Shown here one piece after another: positions 20,626 through 29,574 of a stretch of 64,000 nucleotides of DNA. Each line of letters starts with the position of its first letter. The first letter of the stretch is position 1. The notes below the pieces were generated by a model. That model saw nothing but the letters and a program-made list of their open reading frames with translations. It ran no database searches and was not told where the DNA came from. The DNA is from Longimicrobiales bacterium (GTDB taxonomy: Bacteria > Gemmatimonadota > Gemmatimonadetes > Longimicrobiales > Gaopeijiaceae). Location: the NCBI GenBank assembly GCA_965238005.1, contig OZ250165.1, positions 3,808,001-3,872,000 on the forward strand. Direction: 5' to 3'. A program made the translations under genes and the position numbers.

Positions 20626-21218
20626 TCCCATCCGCCAGTGAAGAAGCGACCGCCCACATATACCATGATGGGTATGGTCAGCACACCGCTCAGCGCCCAC
20701 AGCCAGCGCATGGTGACCGGGTCGATGCTCCGGAAGCCCGGGATGAAGTGGGCGTATCCGATGATGACGACGGGCAGACCCAATGCGGCCCCGACCCAGA
20801 AACGCCGAAGGAGGCTCCGCGCCTCCTGCTCCCGCTCCTCGTCCCGGCGCTTGAGCGTCTCCTCGATCCCCTCGGCCTCGGCGGAGGTGATTCCAGGAAC
20901 GCTGCCGAGGGCTATCTCCACCTGGCGGACGCAGGCGGCGCAAGTCATGCAGCGGATGGCGACTTCCTGGGTGAGGACGGGCACCTCGTATCCGGCCCGT
21001 ACCACCGCCCAGGTCAGGGCTGCCACCTCAATGGCCTCCGGGTCGATCTTCAACCGGGCGCTTCCCTCGGCCAGGCTCACGCTGGCCTCCTGCACGCCCT
21101 CCACGGCCGTGAGGGCCCGGTCGACGGAAGCGACACAGCCGGCGCAGTGGAGACCATCCACCGGTAGCTCGATGACCGCCTATCCTGCCTGGCGATCCGT
21201 TGATGTCGCGTCATCCAT
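20625..21218 (-). pseudogene. Truncated heavy-metal (Cu) P1B-type ATPase N-terminus
   Basis: Two HMA motifs (GLHCAGC, MTCAAC) and first TM helices; in-frame TAG at 21180-21182; second HMA shortened; no ATPase core. Confidence 0.8.
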
Positions 21219-21224
21219 GGCGTC

Positions 21225-21410
21225 CTAGTGTTCCGTTTCCGAAGTTCGCGAGCCACCAAGAGGGTCGGGGCGCCCTGGGATCAAGGCGGGACGACGCGGC
21301 GTAGCGCAAGCGGGCACCGCGCGAAGCGTGGTCGCAAGAAGTCCCAACGCCGAGCCCACGGATGCACCGTGCCCTCGACTGGCCGAGACACTTTGGCAAC
21401 GGGACACTAG
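21225..21410. mobile_element. MITE with IS630-like terminal inverted repeats, CTAG at both ends
   Basis: Left ctagtgttccgtttccgaagt and right actttggcaacgggacactag match 18/21 as inverted repeats; second copy at 52282; no transposase. Confidence 0.85.
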
Positions 21411-21455
21411 AGTACCCCAGAGGGTTCCGAAAGCAGTACCCCCGGGGGCGGCCTT

Positions 21456-22025
21456 CTAGAAAGCGCCCGCGAATTTTCCGAAGATGTAGAGGCCGATCAG
21501 CACCGCACCGACGACGGCCCAGCGCACCACGCTTCGCGCAGTCATGGCTTCCGGGTCCACAGCGCTCACGGCCGTGGTGGAGGTCCCCGACGATCCCCGG
21601 CGGATCCCCTTCAGCTCGGTGAGGTTCCGCAGGAGGGCCCGGAGCTTCTTCTCCAGCTCGGCAGGACTCTCGGGCTTGGTGATGAAGTGATTGCCGCCCA
21701 GGCCGTAGCTCCTGGCCATGTCTTCGTCCTGGCTCGACGAGGTGAGAACCGCCACGGGGATGCTACGAAGCCGGTCGTCTCCCTTGATCTCCTGCAGGAC
21801 CTCGTGTCCGCCCATTCCAGGCATCTTCAGGTCCAGGAGCAGCAGGTCGGGGGGTGATTCCCTGACGAGGGCGACAGCCTCCTCACCGTTCCGCGCCCTG
21901 CGGATCTCCACCGGCACGTCGACGGCCCTCTCAAGAGCCATCTCGATGAGAAGCGCGTGGTCGTCGTTGTCATCGGCCAAGACGACGTGCCACACAGACT
22001 TTTCCGTTCGCGCCATCACACTCAC
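21456..22025 (-). CDS. Response regulator receiver domain with C-terminal TM anchor
   Basis: LADDN, LLLDLKMP (phospho-Asp), IPV.VLTSS, FITKP; hydrophobic C-terminus. Confidence 0.88.
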   Translation of the reverse strand: MSVMARTEKSVWHVVLADDNDDHALLIEMALERAVDVPVEIRRARNGEEAVALVRESPPDLLLLDLKMPGMGGHEVLQEIKGDDRLRSIPVAVLTSSSQDEDMARSYGLGGNHFITKPESPAELEKKLRALLRNLTELKGIRRGSSGTSTTAVSAVDPEAMTARSVVRWAVVGAVLIGLYIFGKFAGAF

Positions 22026-23110
22026 CTAATCGGCCCCTCTTCGCTCCCGTTCGCGACGGCCACGGCATCGTAACCCAACCCGTTGATCTCGGCCACGAGC
22101 ACGGACGCCGCCACCCAATCGGCGAACCACCCTACCCGGACTCGGAAAAGTGGGTTCCCTCGTACACGCACCACGCGGGTCTCAAGGCCTTCCCTGGCCC
22201 GGACCGCCGCGAGCCGCTGGGCGCTCGCCTCCACGGAGAACGCCCCGAGCTGGACTGCCCATGGGCCAACTGCGCCCCCCGAAGCAATCCCCGGCTCCAG
22301 CGCTGCCCGTCCGGCCGGCTCCAGCGCTGCCCGTCCGGCCGGCTCCGGTACTGCCTGCTTAACCGGCTCCCGCACTGCCTGCTCAACCGGATCCCGCGCC
22401 TCCACCTCTGGCGCCACTCGGGCATTCCCGGCAGCCTGGCCCCCCGGGGCCGCAGCCGCTCCGGCGTCTTCGATCTCTCCGGGGTCGTCCGCGAGCTCCT
22501 GTCGCGCCGTCACTGCGTCCCGAGCCCAAGTCACGGGGTCGTACTGGAAGACGCCGGAGAACCCTCCGAAGAGGTACAGGGCGGCCAGCACCGCGGCGAC
22601 GAGGCCCCAACGCCCGGCGTTGAGGGCGAACCGGGCCTCCGGGTCGACGGCGCTCTCGCCCGTGGTCGAGTGCGAGGATCCACGACGGATCCCCCTCAGC
22701 TCGGCAAGGTTACCCAGCAGGACCCGGAACTTCTCCTCCAATTCGGCGGGACTCGCCGGCTTGGTGATGAAGTGATTGCCGCCCAAGCGGTAACTCTCGG
22801 CTATGTCATCGTCCCGGTCCGATGACGTGAGAACAACCACGGGGACACTCCGTAGCCGGGGGTTTCCCTTGATCTCGTCCAGGACCTCGTGTCCGGCCAT
22901 TAGCGGCATCTTCAGATCCAGGAGCAGCAAGGAGGGGGGTGATTCCTTGATGAGGGCGACAGCCTCCGCACCATTCCGTGCCCGGCGGATCTTAACCGGC
23001 ACATCGGCCGCCTTCTGAAGAGCCGTCGCGATGAGAAGCGCGTGGTCGTCGTTGTCCTCGGCCAAGACGACGTCCCACTCGGACATCTTTCTTCGCTCAA
23101 ACACGCTCAT
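22022..23110 (-). CDS. Receiver-TM-SPOR fusion protein
   Basis: N-terminal receiver paralogous to 21456-22025, TM helix, Ala/Pro linker, SPOR domain (VQLGAFS....A) nearly identical to that of the upstream gene. Confidence 0.82.
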   Translation of the reverse strand: MSVFERRKMSEWDVVLAEDNDDHALLIATALQKAADVPVKIRRARNGAEAVALIKESPPSLLLLDLKMPLMAGHEVLDEIKGNPRLRSVPVVVLTSSDRDDDIAESYRLGGNHFITKPASPAELEEKFRVLLGNLAELRGIRRGSSHSTTGESAVDPEARFALNAGRWGLVAAVLAALYLFGGFSGVFQYDPVTWARDAVTARQELADDPGEIEDAGAAAAPGGQAAGNARVAPEVEARDPVEQAVREPVKQAVPEPAGRAALEPAGRAALEPGIASGGAVGPWAVQLGAFSVEASAQRLAAVRAREGLETRVVRVRGNPLFRVRVGWFADWVAASVLVAEINGLGYDAVAVANGSEEGPIR

Positions 23111-24117
23111 CGGATCGGCTCCTCTTCGCTCGCGTTCCCGACGGCCACGGCATCGTAACCCAACCCGTTGATCTCGGCCACGAGCACGGACGCCGCCACC
23201 CAATCGGCGAACCACCCTACCCGGACTCGGAAAAGTGGATTCCCTCGTACCCGCACCACGCGAGTCTCAAGGCCTTCCCTGGCCCGGACCGCCGCGAGCC
23301 GCTGGGCGCTCGCCTCCGTGGAGAACGCCCCGAGCTGGACGGCGTATCGCCCGACCCCCTCGGTCGGAGTTTCCTCCTCCGCGGGGGCATCCTGCTCAGC
23401 CGGTGCCCCAGCCGGGTCCTCCCCCCGGCCTTGAGCCCCCGGCTCGCCCTGCCTATCTTGCTCTTCCTCAGCCGGATCCCGCACCGCCGAATCAGGCCCG
23501 GGCGGCGGCGGCTCCTCCAGCACCACCGCGGAATCTCCGGCATCCGCCCCGGCCCTCTGCGCCGCACCCTCGGCCTCCAGCGCGGCAGCGGCCTCGGCCG
23601 CCTCGATCTCCTCGGAGTGGGTGGCGAGCCACCGCCGTGCTCCCACCCGTGCTGCACTCTGGGGATAGTCCTGCAACAGCGTGCGGAAGTGACCTGCCGC
23701 GCGCAGCACATCCGCATCAGAGCCGGCGATCCTGGCCAGACGCGCCAGCGCCTTGTCGGAATACGGCCCCCCCGGGTACTCCACCACCAGTCGCTGATAG
23801 TCCAGGATCGCCATGCCCGGGTCCACGGTGAGGACGGCACGAAGCCAGAGTCCACGCTGGCGATCACGCCGGCTGGACCGGCTCCGCTCACTATCCCACC
23901 ACGTCTCCAGCTCGGCCCGGGCCTCCTCGGTGCGCCCGGCGGCGGCCAGGGCGGCGACGGAGTCCAGACCCTCCTGAGTGGTCGCCGGGGCCGGGACGGC
24001 CAACGAAAGCACGGCGAGAACCACCAGGAGTGCGCCGAGGTCAACCGACGGGCCCGCAGGGGATTCCACCGACGAGCCAGCCGGAACCGCCCACCGGATC
24101 AGCGATCGCGGTCCCAC
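23107..24117 (-). CDS. Secreted TPR-like and SPOR domain protein
   Basis: Signal-like segment, helical repeats (Y..L..EYP, F..LL.DYP.S), C-terminal YAVQLGAFS SPOR; start uncertain. Confidence 0.8.
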   Translation of the reverse strand: MGPRSLIRWAVPAGSSVESPAGPSVDLGALLVVLAVLSLAVPAPATTQEGLDSVAALAAAGRTEEARAELETWWDSERSRSSRRDRQRGLWLRAVLTVDPGMAILDYQRLVVEYPGGPYSDKALARLARIAGSDADVLRAAGHFRTLLQDYPQSAARVGARRWLATHSEEIEAAEAAAALEAEGAAQRAGADAGDSAVVLEEPPPPGPDSAVRDPAEEEQDRQGEPGAQGRGEDPAGAPAEQDAPAEEETPTEGVGRYAVQLGAFSTEASAQRLAAVRAREGLETRVVRVRGNPLFRVRVGWFADWVAASVLVAEINGLGYDAVAVGNASEEEPIR

Positions 24118-25121
24118 TAGGCCGCCGCGTCTTCGAAGGTCATAACGGTGAGAAGCCATTCCTCGACGTGATGCTCGTCCGAGAGTGAGCTCGCCTTGAG
24201 CAGCCGGTCCACCCGGAGGAGTCCGAGAATCCCTTCTCGGATCGCCGCCGAGCTCCAGCCGTCGGCCTGCCGCGCGATCTGCCGGGACAGCCACTTCTGG
24301 TGCGGAGGGAGCACCTGCTCGAGAGCCGCCTGCCCCTGCTCCACCGCGATGCCGATCCGGAGAAGGTGGGTGGCGAGGCCCACGGTGAGGCCAACCCCGC
24401 TCTCGCCCTGGGCCAGCAGGAGACGAAGTCCCCGTAACGCCTCGTCGAACTTCCGGCCGCCCACGAGGTCGAACCAGTGCCAGCGGTCCTGTTTGGGGAG
24501 GACGCTCCCGGCGGTGCGCACGTGCTCGACGGTGATGCGCTCGCCCTCGCCGGCGAAGCCCGCCAGCTTCTCCAGCTCCCGCGACAGGATTCCGAGATCG
24601 GTTCCGATCCCGTGGGCGAGAGCCCGCGCCGCATCGGGCTCGAGCGTCATGCCGAAGCGCGCATGCGCCTGCCCCATGAGCCATCCGGGTGCGTCGTCCG
24701 CGGTGATGGCGGAGAACTCTGCGGACCGGGCGACCTTCTTGAGCCGGGTGTAGAACTTGGCCTTGGAGCCGCTGGGGATGCGCGCCGTGAGGATGAGGGT
24801 GAGATCGGGCGGTGGGGACTCGGCCAGGCCCAACACGAGATCACGAGCCCGGGCGGCCCCGGCAAAGGCTTCCGTTCCCCTGACAACCACCACCCGCCAC
24901 TCGGCCATCATGGGAGGCGTTGCAACGATGCGGGCCAGATCCTCGACGTTCACCTCCGAGCCCTGAAGAACGTCCAGGTTGAAGTCCTTTGTGGACTGGT
25001 CGAGGTGGGCGTCCAAGAGTTCCTTTACGGCCTCTCCCTTGCGGTGCTCGTCTTCGCCCCAAAGGAAGAAAACCCCGCCCCGGGATCCCTGCTCGAGGGC
25101 CTTCCGGAGGGGGCTCGTCAA
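24117..25121 (-). CDS. holA: DNA polymerase III delta subunit
   Basis: FLWGED, DFNLD.L.G, PMMAE.RVVVV, GTDL..L..ELEKL, D..LK. Confidence 0.9.
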   Translation of the reverse strand: MTSPLRKALEQGSRGGVFFLWGEDEHRKGEAVKELLDAHLDQSTKDFNLDVLQGSEVNVEDLARIVATPPMMAEWRVVVVRGTEAFAGAARARDLVLGLAESPPPDLTLILTARIPSGSKAKFYTRLKKVARSAEFSAITADDAPGWLMGQAHARFGMTLEPDAARALAHGIGTDLGILSRELEKLAGFAGEGERITVEHVRTAGSVLPKQDRWHWFDLVGGRKFDEALRGLRLLLAQGESGVGLTVGLATHLLRIGIAVEQGQAALEQVLPPHQKWLSRQIARQADGWSSAAIREGILGLLRVDRLLKASSLSDEHHVEEWLLTVMTFEDAAA

Positions 25122-25155
25122 TGCATTGCCCGGGTTGTCATCGGCTCCGGTGCAT

Positions 25156-25704
25156 TCAGTCGAGGCCCGTTCGTCGGAGCACCGAGTTGTTCCGGTACCG
25201 CTCGCCCATGGGAGAGTACTCGTAGAGCAACGTGTTGGGATCGGACCAGAGTCCGCTCCCCAGGTTGACGGGCGACCCGACGGGAAATCCCAGGACGTCC
25301 GTGGGGAACAGAGGCGCCGGCCCCGGCGGACCCGATACGATGATGGCCGGGAGGCTCACCTCGGGAGTGGCGCGCCACACGGAGGGGTACCAGGCGATGA
25401 TGGTGAGGAGAATGGCCATTCCCACGGCAGCCGCCACCGGCACGGCTGAAGCGCTGGTCGCATGAGCCGCCCCATCCCAATCGTCGATGTGGAAGAGCCG
25501 GTGTTGGAGACGGGGACGGAAGGACTCGGGCAGCTCCATCCGGGGCGCGCCTTGGAGGAGCTTCACCCCCCGAGAGACGACCTGCTCGTAGCGGGCGCAC
25601 TTCTCGCAGTCCCCCATATGGGCCTCCGCATCCCTTCGAATGGGCGCGCCCAGAGGAGCGTCATAGAATTCGGAAAAGCGACCGAGAAACTCCGAGCAAT
25701 CCAT
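25156..25704 (-). CDS. Anti-sigma factor (zf-HC2) with TM helix
   Basis: MDC.EF...FSE..D, HMGDCEKC zinc motif, one TM; downstream of an ECF sigma. Confidence 0.85.
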   Translation of the reverse strand: MDCSEFLGRFSEFYDAPLGAPIRRDAEAHMGDCEKCARYEQVVSRGVKLLQGAPRMELPESFRPRLQHRLFHIDDWDGAAHATSASAVPVAAAVGMAILLTIIAWYPSVWRATPEVSLPAIIVSGPPGPAPLFPTDVLGFPVGSPVNLGSGLWSDPNTLLYEYSPMGERYRNNSVLRRTGLD

Positions 25705-25842
25705 GGTGCCGAGCAGTCTCCTGTCCTGATACTCCCAGTCCGACATCATACGTCGAGGTGGAATATTACGTAGAGTGGTATCACGGTGTTCCCTCTCCAC
25801 GGGGTTGGTACAGGAGGGAGTGGATCAGGTTCCGGAAAAGCA

Positions 25843-25878
25843 GGAGGCCCCCGGCGACCTAAGTCGGCGGAGGCCTCC
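25843..25878 (-). terminator. Hairpin between the ECF sigma and anti-sigma genes
   Basis: ggaggcc...ggcctcc inverted repeat with a short T-run on the minus strand. Confidence 0.4.
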
Positions 25879-25934
25879 CCTTTCTCCCTGGTCGGCCCGC
25901 ATCGATTCACTCTGTGCGGAACGCTCCTAGCGCA

Positions 25935-26576
25935 CTACTCCAGGGAGGGTCCGATCAGTCGGGCGAAGTTGTTACGCGCCCGGTTCAATCGACTCTTCAC
26001 GGTCCCCAGGTTGCACCCGGTGATCTCTGCGATCTCCTCGTACGTCTTGCCCTCGAGCTCACGGAGCACGAAGACGATTCGGTGATGCTCCGGCAGCTCC
26101 ACCACCGCCTTCTCCACGAGCTCCTTCAGGAAGCGCTTGCGATAGAGGTCGTCGGGCTTGAAGGACGAGTCCTCCCACTCCAGCGGACGGTGGTCGGCTT
26201 CCCAGTTCTTCCGGATCGTCTGGAAGAGCACGAGCGGGTTGCGGGATCGGTTCCGCAGCTCGTTCTTGGCCAGGTTCCCGGCGATGGTGTAGATCCACGT
26301 CGAGAACTTCTTGGTCTGGTCGAAGCGGTGCATGTGGCGGTACACCCGGACAAAGGTCTCCTGGACCAGGTCCTGGCCGCGCTCCCTGTCACCTACCGTA
26401 CGGTAGACGAAGTTGAGTAGCCGTCCGTCGTAGCGCTTGACCAGCTCTCCGAACGCGCGCTCGTCACCCGCGAGGAAGGCCCGGACGACTTCGCTGTCGC
26501 CCAGCTGTCCGAGCATCTTGCGATGCTCTTTTGCCGCCCCCCCGGGCACGACCTGTAGTTTCGCTACTTCCGTCAC
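25935..26576 (-). CDS. ECF RNA polymerase sigma-70 factor
   Basis: AF.ELV.RY, DLVQETF, FSTWIY.IA.N, LRELEG.TYEEIA....LGTVKSRL.RAR. Confidence 0.95.
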   Translation of the reverse strand: MTEVAKLQVVPGGAAKEHRKMLGQLGDSEVVRAFLAGDERAFGELVKRYDGRLLNFVYRTVGDRERGQDLVQETFVRVYRHMHRFDQTKKFSTWIYTIAGNLAKNELRNRSRNPLVLFQTIRKNWEADHRPLEWEDSSFKPDDLYRKRFLKELVEKAVVELPEHHRIVFVLRELEGKTYEEIAEITGCNLGTVKSRLNRARNNFARLIGPSLE

Positions 26577-26625
26577 CTCTTTACCCCCGCTTCACGGGTG
26601 CGCACCAACCCCTGCGAGAATCGCC

Positions 26626-26640
26626 GCAGGTTCCGTGCCA
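26626..26640 (-). promoter_or_regulatory. Putative sigma-54 (-24/-12) promoter of the ECF sigma gene
   Basis: TGGCACGGAACCTGC versus consensus TGGCACG-N4-TTGC, correct GG-N10-GC spacing, 50 nt from the start codon. Confidence 0.55.
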
Positions 26641-26894
26641 CCCCCGAGATCGCCTCAAAACAGGCCGATCCCTACCATATCTGCACTTCTTCCGTCCCAC
26701 AATAAGGACGTGTCATGTCACGATCGCGACACACCCCACGATCAGGCCGCCGGACAAAGGGCCCCACCCGGCCAACCGTACCCGTCACCACTATGGGATA
26801 CGTGGACCGGAGCGGGGCGTTGCAATGGGACGCGGAATGGGCAAGAAGTCAGGCCCCGGGGAGACCCCAGGCGGCCGGATCCCGGGCACACCGC

Positions 26895-28256
26895 TCAGGA
26901 AGCCTCTTCTACCTCCACCGGTCCCAGGCCGAGGTCCTCCAGAGGACCGCGGACCACCTTGGCGTCCCCCCCGACCAGCACGGTGATCTCATCAGGCCGG
27001 ATGCACCGGCGCGCGGCGTCCAGAGCCTGGTCACGTGTGACCTCGCGGATCCGGTCCCGGTAGGTGGCATGGTAGTCGTGGGGGAGGTCGTAGATGATCA
27101 GCTCCGAGATCCGGGACGCGATCTGCCCCGTGGTCTCGAGCCGCAGGGGGAAGACGCCCGCCATGTAGTCCCGGGACGCCTCCACCTCTTCATCGGTGGG
27201 CCCGTCTGAGAGAAGGCCATCCACCTCGCTCACCGCTTCCCGGACGGCGTCCGCCGTCACCTCGGTGCCCACGGCGGTGGAGATGGTCCAGGGCCCCGCG
27301 TCACGCCGGAAGGAAAACCCCGAGCGCACACCATACGTGAAGCCGTTGTGCTCTCGGAGATTCAGGTTCAGGCGGCTCGTAAAGGCCCCGCCGAGGATGG
27401 TGTTGAACACCAGGAGCGGGAAGTAGTCCGGCGTGGAGCGCGGCTGTCCCACGTGCCCGATGCGGATCTCGGACTGGACGGCGTCGGGACGGTCGACGAT
27501 CACCACCCTCTGCTCGCGGGCCCTGGGCTCCGCCTCGAATCCGTTCCGGGGGGGCACGTTCCCCCGCCAGTCGCCGAAGCAGCGCTGGGCCAGGACCTTC
27601 GTCTCGTCCAGATCCACGTCACCCACCACCACCAGTCCCGCGCTCCCGGGGCGGTAGCGGGCTTCCACGAAGCCGGCAGCCGCCTCGGGACCGAAGGGGG
27701 TCACAGACTCCACGTTACCCCCGAGGGGGCGCCCGTACGGAATCCCCTCGGCGTAGGTCAGCCGATGGGCCGCGTCGGTGGCGATGCTGGCCGGATCCAT
27801 CTTGCGCTGCTGAATGGCAGCCAGGTGTTGCCCCCGCACCCGGTCCACCTCGTCGGCGGGGAAGCCCGGGCGAAGCACGACCTCGGCCAGGATGCTCATG
27901 GCCTCGTCCAGCCGGTCCGGGAGGCACGAGAGACAGATGGTGGTGGCGTCCCACCCGGTCCGCACGGAGAGCCCGGCGCCGAGGGACTCCAACGCCTCTG
28001 CCAGCTCGGCCCCAGACCGCGCTACGGTCCCTCCGTCCAGCGAGTCGCCGGTGAGCACGGCCAGCCCGGCCCGGTCCTCGCTCAGCGTGGCCTCACCGGC
28101 ATCCAGCACCAGGCTCACCGCGACGATGGGGAGCCTGTGGGTCTGGACCGAGCGCATCTCGAGACCGTTGTCGAAGCGATGGGTCTGTACGGGCGGAAAG
28201 TCGAAGCGGCGGATGGCCCCGGGGGCTGGGGCGGAGACACGTTGGGTGTGGCTCAC
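26895..28256 (-). CDS. M16 peptidase, non-catalytic subunit (cytoplasmic)
   Basis: M16 fold motifs, no HxxEH, has SRLNLNLRE..G.TY; no signal peptide. Confidence 0.88.
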   Translation of the reverse strand: MSHTQRVSAPAPGAIRRFDFPPVQTHRFDNGLEMRSVQTHRLPIVAVSLVLDAGEATLSEDRAGLAVLTGDSLDGGTVARSGAELAEALESLGAGLSVRTGWDATTICLSCLPDRLDEAMSILAEVVLRPGFPADEVDRVRGQHLAAIQQRKMDPASIATDAAHRLTYAEGIPYGRPLGGNVESVTPFGPEAAAGFVEARYRPGSAGLVVVGDVDLDETKVLAQRCFGDWRGNVPPRNGFEAEPRAREQRVVIVDRPDAVQSEIRIGHVGQPRSTPDYFPLLVFNTILGGAFTSRLNLNLREHNGFTYGVRSGFSFRRDAGPWTISTAVGTEVTADAVREAVSEVDGLLSDGPTDEEVEASRDYMAGVFPLRLETTGQIASRISELIIYDLPHDYHATYRDRIREVTRDQALDAARRCIRPDEITVLVGGDAKVVRGPLEDLGLGPVEVEEAS

Positions 28257-29545
28257 GAGGCCTCCTTGGCTCGTGGCTCGTCTGTGGCCGGTATGTAGGC
28301 CAGGACCGCCCGGTTACTGGGTCCCAGGAAGCCCCTGGTGAACTCCGAGACCTGAGCCGGCGTCACGGCGCGCATGCGCTCCAGCTCGCTATTCAGGCGG
28401 CCCGGGTCGTCGAAGAACTGGTCGAACATGGAGAGTAGGTCGGCCCGCTCCCCCACCCGCTGGATCTGACGGACGAGGTGGGTCTCGGTGAGGGCGATGG
28501 CTCGCTGGATCTCCTCCTCCCGTACCGACTCGAGCCCCTCGAGCTCGTCGGCCAGAGCCGCCTCCAGCTCGGCGGGATCGGATCCGGGGAAGCCGGTGGC
28601 CCACACCAGGAGCATGCCCGCGCCGGTGGTGAGCGGGAAGGTGTGGCTCACCACGTCCTTCGCCAACCTTCCCTCGCGCACGAGAGAGCGGTAGAGCCGC
28701 GACGCCCTGCCTGACCCCGCCACGGCACTCGCCACGTCGGCGGCGTAAAACACCGGATCGGTGTAAGGGGGGATGCGGAAGGCCATGAGGACCCTGGGGA
28801 GGGGCACTTCCGCTTCCACCCGCTCCCGGACCGTGGAGCCGATCGTTGGGCTCAGCTCCGCCTCTCCCGCCATGGGCGGGATCTCGCCACCTCGGGGAAT
28901 CTCGCCGAAGTGCCGCTCGATCATCTCCAGGGCCTCGTCCTCGTTGAAGTCCCCGCACAACGTGAGGACCGCGTTGTTGGGCACGTAGAACGTCTCGAAG
29001 AACTCGGCCACGTCTTCCAGGGTGGCCGCCTCGATGTCGTCCATGGAGCCGATCACCGTGTGGTGGTAAGGATGGGCCTCGGGGTAGACCATGGCCTGGA
29101 TCCACTCGTCCCAGTCTCCGTAGGGCTGGTTGTCGCAGCGCTGGCGCTTCTCGTTCATGACCACGTCGCGCTGGTTGTCCAGCTTCTCCTGGGTCATGGC
29201 CGGAAGCATCCAACCCATCCGGTCGGACTCGAGCCAGAGCGCCAGCTCGAGTTGATGGGACGGCACCGTCTCGAAGTAGTTCGTGCGGTCGAACCAGGTC
29301 GTAGCGTTGAGGGTCCCTCCGGCCCTCTCGACGAACTCGAAGTGGCGGTTCTTGGGTACGTGCTCCGAGCCCTGGAACATCATGTGCTCGAAGAGATGCG
29401 CGAAGCCCGTCTTCCCGGGGCGCTCGTTCCGCGACCCCACGGCGTACCAGAGGTTCACGGCCACCACGGGCGTGGAGGGATCGTGGGAGAGGTTGACACG
29501 GAGGCCGTTGTCCAGTGTGAAGCGCTCGACAGGTATAGACAGCAT
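28253..29545 (-). CDS. M16 peptidase, catalytic subunit (cytoplasmic)
   Basis: GFAHLFEHMMF, NA.T..DRTNY, LWLESDRM; no signal peptide. Confidence 0.93.
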   Translation of the reverse strand: MLSIPVERFTLDNGLRVNLSHDPSTPVVAVNLWYAVGSRNERPGKTGFAHLFEHMMFQGSEHVPKNRHFEFVERAGGTLNATTWFDRTNYFETVPSHQLELALWLESDRMGWMLPAMTQEKLDNQRDVVMNEKRQRCDNQPYGDWDEWIQAMVYPEAHPYHHTVIGSMDDIEAATLEDVAEFFETFYVPNNAVLTLCGDFNEDEALEMIERHFGEIPRGGEIPPMAGEAELSPTIGSTVRERVEAEVPLPRVLMAFRIPPYTDPVFYAADVASAVAGSGRASRLYRSLVREGRLAKDVVSHTFPLTTGAGMLLVWATGFPGSDPAELEAALADELEGLESVREEEIQRAIALTETHLVRQIQRVGERADLLSMFDQFFDDPGRLNSELERMRAVTPAQVSEFTRGFLGPSNRAVLAYIPATDEPRAKEAS

Positions 29546-29574
29546 ATAGGTAGTCGCTCCTCGAGCGGTCAGGA

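Noticed and set aside
13280..21182. In-frame TAG codons in the DinB and copA genes as amber recoding (pyrrolysine or alternative code)
   Set aside because: Many intact genes here end in TAG, no pyl genes are visible, and both genes lie in decayed regions; simple nonsense mutations are more likely.
7878..26635. Shared CGGAACCTG upstream of the rhomboid, anti-sigma and sigma genes as an ECF -35 regulon motif
   Set aside because: No consistent -10 element at fixed spacing, the 9-mer also occurs inside coding regions, and the copy at 26627 is better explained as part of a sigma-54 site.
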